Source of the DNA: an uncultured Verrucomicrobiae bacterium
GTDB lineage: Bacteria > Verrucomicrobiota > Verrucomicrobiia > Limisphaerales > JAFGQR01
DNA length: 22,948 bases
Assembly: GCA_963788655.1 (NCBI GenBank)
Contig: CAWBHS010000106.1
Location: 1-22,948, forward strand
Direction of reading: 5' to 3'
Below the pieces are notes generated by a model that saw only the letters and a program-made list of their open reading frames with translations, did not search any database and was not told the DNA's origin. Within the stretch, counting starts at the first letter, position 1. Every line of letters starts with the position of its first letter. Of the stretch, positions 18,957-22,948 are shown piece after piece. A program made the position numbers and the translations under genes.

Positions 18957-19568
18957 ATGAAATACTCCACACTCCTGAACCAAGCGCTTATAGCGGCCCT
19001 GATGGCCAGCTTGTCGGCGGCTTACGCCCAGACCTCCAGCCCCAAATTCAAGACGGAGCCGGACAAGAGCATGGCCGCGGCCCACGAGTCCTTTATCAAG
19101 GGCGACACCAAGACCGCCGCCGCGCACATCGCCAAGGCTGCGGACTACGTCAAGAAACAGTCGGTCAAGGTGGCCGCCGACTCAAAGGACGGGATGACGA
19201 AGGCCGGAGACGAACTCGCCAAGCTCGGCGACGGCGTCAAGAACGGCACCGTGAAGTCGGGTGATGACCTCAAGAAGACCTTCGCCAAGGTGGACCATGA
19301 AATGGCCGTGTGCTGGCATAAAACCGCGGAGGAATCGAAGAAGGCGGGCAAAGATTCAACCGGCGACCTCAAGAAGGCCGGCAGTGCCCTTCAAAGCTCC
19401 GCCAAGTGGTCCGGTCACCAATTGAGTGCGGGCGCCAAGGCCTCGATGAACGCGATGAAGAAAGCCGGCAAAGCCACCGGTGCAGGCGCCAAAACCGGGG
19501 CCGAGGAGGTGGATAAGTGGTTCAAGGGCATTGGCGAAGGGATTGACGACCTGGGCCACAAGCTCTAG
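18957..19568 (+). CDS. Hypothetical secreted Lys/Ala-rich helical protein
   Basis: MKYSTLLNQALIAALMASLSAAYA signal; AAAGGAAA upstream; host-like codon usage. Confidence 0.82.
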   Translation: MKYSTLLNQALIAALMASLSAAYAQTSSPKFKTEPDKSMAAAHESFIKGDTKTAAAHIAKAADYVKKQSVKVAADSKDGMTKAGDELAKLGDGVKNGTVKSGDDLKKTFAKVDHEMAVCWHKTAEESKKAGKDSTGDLKKAGSALQSSAKWSGHQLSAGAKASMNAMKKAGKATGAGAKTGAEEVDKWFKGIGEGIDDLGHKL

Positions 19569-19690
19569 CCGTGCACGTGAGGGAATCAGCCGAACATGTT
19601 GGTGTCTGTGCCGACTCTGGACCTCTGGTAGCCGGCGCTGCGACGTGCGATTGATCGAAAGAAGACTGAAACAAAACGAACGGAAGACAA

Positions 19691-20182
19691 ATGAGCACTC
19701 TGGTAGTAATCGGATATGATGATCAGTACAAGGCGGAAGAGGTTCGCCTCAAACTCCGCAAGCTCCAAAGCGAGTACCTGATCGACATGGAGGACGCGGT
19801 GGTGGCCGTGAAAGATGCAAAAGGAAAAGTGAAGCTTCACCAGGCCGTCAATTTAACAGCCACCGGCGCAGTTAGCGGCGGGTTTTGGGGCTCACTGATT
19901 GGGCTCATCTTCTTGAACCCGCTGCTCGGGCTGGCGGTAGGCGCGACGGCTGGCGCCGTGTCCGGCGCGCTCAGCGACGTCGGGATAAACGATGCTTTCA
20001 TGAAAGACCTCGCGGCCACCATGACCCCGGGCAGTTCCGCCCTCTTCGTGCTCGTTCGCAAAGCGACGCCGGACAAGGTGCTCGAGGAAATCAAAGGAAC
20101 CGGTGGCAAGATCCTCAAAACCTCCCTGTCACACGAAGATGAAAGCAAGCTTCAAGCGGCTCTGAATTCGGTGACGAGCTAA
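19691..20182 (+). CDS. DUF1269 family membrane protein
   Basis: MSTLVVIGY...IDMEDAVVAVKDAKGKVKLHQ...GAVSGGFWGSLIGLIFLNPLLG...DVGINDAFMK...PGSSALFVL...GGKILKTSLS. Confidence 0.9.
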   Translation: MSTLVVIGYDDQYKAEEVRLKLRKLQSEYLIDMEDAVVAVKDAKGKVKLHQAVNLTATGAVSGGFWGSLIGLIFLNPLLGLAVGATAGAVSGALSDVGINDAFMKDLAATMTPGSSALFVLVRKATPDKVLEEIKGTGGKILKTSLSHEDESKLQAALNSVTS

Positions 20183-20190
20183 GAAGAATT

Positions 20191-20602
20191 ATGAGAAACA
20201 TATTGTCACTGGCGTTCACTCTGGTGGTTCTGACGTCTGTCGCCGCCCTGTCGGGTTGTGCGACGTCGAAGCACAAATATGCCGTTGCGGAAAAGGAGAA
20301 CATGCTCCAGGCGGCGGGCTTTCGGATCCTGACGGCCTCCACGCCCACTCAGCATCAGTTGATCCGGACGTTGCCCGCCGACGCGTCAGCGCGGTGCGGC
20401 GGAAGGGCAGATCTATTTCGTGTATCCGGTGGCGGCGAAGGACCGCCTCTACGTCGGATCGAACTCGGAATACCTGGCTTACCAGCAAGCCGCCCAGATT
20501 CCCGAGGAAGAGACCCTTGTGAAGCAGGAGGTCGAATCCATTGACCGGTCCATATCCTCCCCCGGTTGGGAAGCTCCGTGGGGCGACTGGGATGCCCAAT
20601 AG
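20191..20602 (+). CDS. Hypothetical lipoprotein; one frameshift near 20385
   Basis: Lipobox ALSGC and ENMLQAAGF; the C-terminus YPVAAKDRLYVGSNSEYLAYQQ...WGDWDAQ is in ORF 20420..20602. Confidence 0.75.
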
Positions 20603-20642
20603 CACATACACACTCCGTAAACCATAAACCCACATTGAGATT

Positions 20643-21005
20643 ATGATCGAACGACTCGACCGAGGCACCGGGAAGGTGCTCGGATTCAAAATGACCGGCA
20701 AGCTTCGCGACGAGGACTATAAACACTTTGTCCCGACCGTCGACGAAGCCATTAAAGCCCAGGGCAAAGTCCGATTGCTGGCAATGTTTGAGGACTTCCA
20801 CGGCTGGGACCTGCATGCGCTGTGGGATGACACCAAGTTCGCCGCTACGCATTGCACCGACGTGGAGTGAGTCGCTCTTGTCGGCGACAAGCAATGGGAG
20901 AAGTGGATGGCGACGGTCTGCAAGCCGTTCACGATGGCCAAGGTCAGGTACTTCGATGTGAAGGACGTCGAGTCCGCTTGGAAATGGCTGGAGGAAGCGG
21001 CGTAG
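20643..21005 (+). pseudogene. SpoIIAA-like (STAS/SEC14 domain) protein interrupted by an in-frame TGA at 20868-20870
   Basis: VLGFKMTGKL...FHGWDLHALWDD.KF...DVE*VALVGDKQWEKW...VRYFD...AWKWLEEAA; the same frame stays open to TAG at 21003-21005. Confidence 0.8.
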
Positions 21006-21034
21006 GTCTTCGGCAGCGACACCTAATACCAGGC

Positions 21035-21649
21035 ATGACCCCCCCCGGTACCTTGGCTCTGAGCGCAGGCGTCTTGCTCCTCCTGACCGCTTGCTCCAGC
21101 ACTCCGCTTCCGCCCACAAGCCAGTGGAAGGTTGAAACCTACCGGGAGGAGGCGGGCGGCGCCGGCTACGGGGGGCAGGTCATGCTGGACACGACAACGA
21201 CCAACGCGACAGTCGTGTCAGTAAATGCCGCGGATCACACCCTGCTGCTCAAATATCCGAACGGCACGCTCAGCACCTATAACGCAGGGCCGGAAGTGCC
21301 GGAATTCGATAAAATTAAAGCAGGGGACCAGGTCAAAGCCACACTTGTGGACGAATTTGCACTCTCGCTAACGAAGACCAGCCCGATCACCGACATCAAC
21401 GTAACCAACACAACGGTCGCGGTGCCCAATGGGAACCGGCCGGGCCTTAAGACCGTGCGCATCCGGAGCTTCGTCGCCAAAGTGCTGGCCATTGATCCTG
21501 TAGGCCGGCGGGTTACCCTCCAGTTGGCCGACGGTCGGACGAAAACAGTGCGCGTGCGCGAAGCCGTCAATCTCGCCGACTTTAGCCCTGGTGACACGGT
21601 CTCAGTCCGCCTCACCGAAACCACCACGGTCCTGGTCGAACCCCCGTAA
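21035..21649 (+). CDS. Hypothetical lipoprotein with two tandem OB-fold-like repeats
   Basis: Lipobox LLLTAC; repeats TVVSVNAADHTLLL..NG...IKAGDQV and KVLAIDPVGRRVTL..DG...FSPGDTV. Confidence 0.8.
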   Translation: MTPPGTLALSAGVLLLLTACSSTPLPPTSQWKVETYREEAGGAGYGGQVMLDTTTTNATVVSVNAADHTLLLKYPNGTLSTYNAGPEVPEFDKIKAGDQVKATLVDEFALSLTKTSPITDINVTNTTVAVPNGNRPGLKTVRIRSFVAKVLAIDPVGRRVTLQLADGRTKTVRVREAVNLADFSPGDTVSVRLTETTTVLVEPP

Positions 21650-21721
21650 CCCTGCCAAAGCAAACAATCCTAAGATAGCCAACTCGATGCTTCGAAACGC
21701 CAACCGAAAGCAGAAATCCAA

Positions 21722-22748
21722 ATGAAAACCAACACCACCATACATCGCTTATTCCAGGCAACTTTCGCTGCGCTGCTGCTGGCCGCTGGCGGGATCGCCC
21801 GCGCCGGCGACGCCGGCCACTACGTCGGCGGCATGATGGACACCCGGGACTATTTTCTGCCCGATCCGGGCTTCTACGCCGCCCTCTACAATTACTTTTA
21901 CACCGCGGACCGCTACAACGACGCGAGCGGCAGCAAGGTCAGTTCCATCGCCATCGGCCCCGGCCCGGCGGCCGGGACAACCTTGAACGCCAGCATAAAC
22001 CTGAACATGTACGTCCTTGCCCCAGCGCTGATCTGGGTTTCGCCCTGGGAGATTCTTGGGGCCAAGTATGGCGCGTACGTCGCGCCGACCTTTGCCAACG
22101 CCAGTATCCAAAACGCCGTGTATAACTCCCGGGGCGCTGGGGTCACCGGTTCGCAAGCGACGTTCGCCCCGGGCGACATGTTCGTTCAGCCGCTCTGGCT
22201 GGGTTGGACGCGCCCGCACTGGGATCGCAGCCGGCTACGGCTTCTACGCTCCGGTCGGCAAATACAGCACCGTGGCACTCCCCGGCAGCAACGGCAAGGT
22301 GCCGGCATCGGATAATATCGGCCTCGGCTTTTGGACCCAGCAGTTTCAGGGCGCAGCGGCGTGGTACCCCTGGACCAACCATGCCACCGCTGTCACGGTC
22401 GTGATGACTTACGAATATAATACCCCGCAGCAGGGCACCGACGTCGAGTCCGGGCAGAACCTCTGGCTGAACTGGGGCATCAGCCAGTATTTGCCGCTCA
22501 CGAGTGACGACAAACTGCTGCTCGAGGTTGGCCCCGCCGGTTATTATGAATGGCAGGTCTCCGACACCCAAGGCAGCTTGACGCAGAGTCCCGATGGCCG
22601 CACCCATGTTGGTGCCATCGGCGGCCAACTGGGAGTCACCTACGTGCCGTGGGACCTGGTGCTTAACTTCCGCGGCTTCTACGAATACTACGCCGACGAC
22701 CGTGTCCAAGGCGCATCTTTCAGCGTAAACCTCATAAAGAAATTCTGA
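21722..22748 (+). CDS. SphA/MetA-pathway-type outer-membrane beta-barrel ('transporter') protein; one frameshift near 22225
   Basis: Signal peptide, HY.GG..., PDPGFY..Y.YFY, GDMFVQPLWLGW / YAPVGKY...NIGLGFWT, EVGPAGY..WQVSD, C-terminal Phe. Confidence 0.8.
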
Positions 22749-22783
22749 GAACCGAGTCTAACCAGGAGAACAAACGGAACCTT

Positions 22784-22818
22784 ACCACTGCCTACTGATT
22801 CCTGATTACTGACTACTA
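22784..22818 (+). repeat. Degenerate heptamer repeat in an intergenic leader
   Basis: ACCACTG CCTACTG ATTCCTG ATTACTG ACTACTA. Confidence 0.55.
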
Positions 22819-22825
22819 GCCCAAT

Positions 22826-22948
22826 ATGAAAACCAAACATCGCATCACACTAACCACAACGGTCGCGGCCGCGATACTGGCGGCGGCCCCGTTCGCCCGC
22901 GCAGCAATCGAAACCACGGCATGGCGGATGACTGCATTGATTACCGGA
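22826..22948 (+). CDS. Secreted protein, N-terminus only (runs off the window)
   Basis: MKTKHRITLTTTVAAAILAAAPFARA-AIE is a typical signal peptide, and the frame is open to the window end. Confidence 0.7.
   Translation, partial: MKTKHRITLTTTVAAAILAAAPFARAAIETTAWRMTALITG

Noticed and set aside
20868..20870. Selenocysteine or recoded TGA
   Set aside because: The position corresponds to a basic residue rather than Cys, no clear SECIS-like hairpin follows, and TGA acts as a normal stop elsewhere in the window.

Overview
A GC-rich bacterial window, probably from a Verrucomicrobiota/PVC-type genome (inferred from sulfatase richness, A-rich SD-poor leaders and repeat types; not verified). It has many single-base indels, including in the essential der gene, so most frameshifts are probably long-read errors. 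From left to right: (1) a minus-strand run of an NDH-2-type flavoprotein fused to cNMP-binding and CBS domains, whose 5' UTR folds into a candidate four-way-junction RNA, then a uronate isomerase-like gene and der (partial); (2) a small, very basic orphan ORF ending in an 11-bp-period array; (3) a sulfatase block: a tandem double-sulfatase fusion (-), two sulfatases (+) and a BNR-repeat protein (+), with a 142-bp palindromic element in the divergent gap; (4) a second, inverted copy of the 11-bp-period array, then an intact IS1595-family element with 25-bp TIRs and an 8-bp TSD; (5) a candidate sigma54 promoter with an upstream 16-bp palindrome, ahead of about 8.3 kb of plus-strand genes for mostly uncharacterised secreted, lipoprotein and outer-membrane proteins (ABM-domain protein, YNPYTG-repeat protein, DUF1269, SpoIIAA-like with a nonsense codon, SphA/MetA-type barrel). 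Family calls come from motif recognition only; no searches were run.
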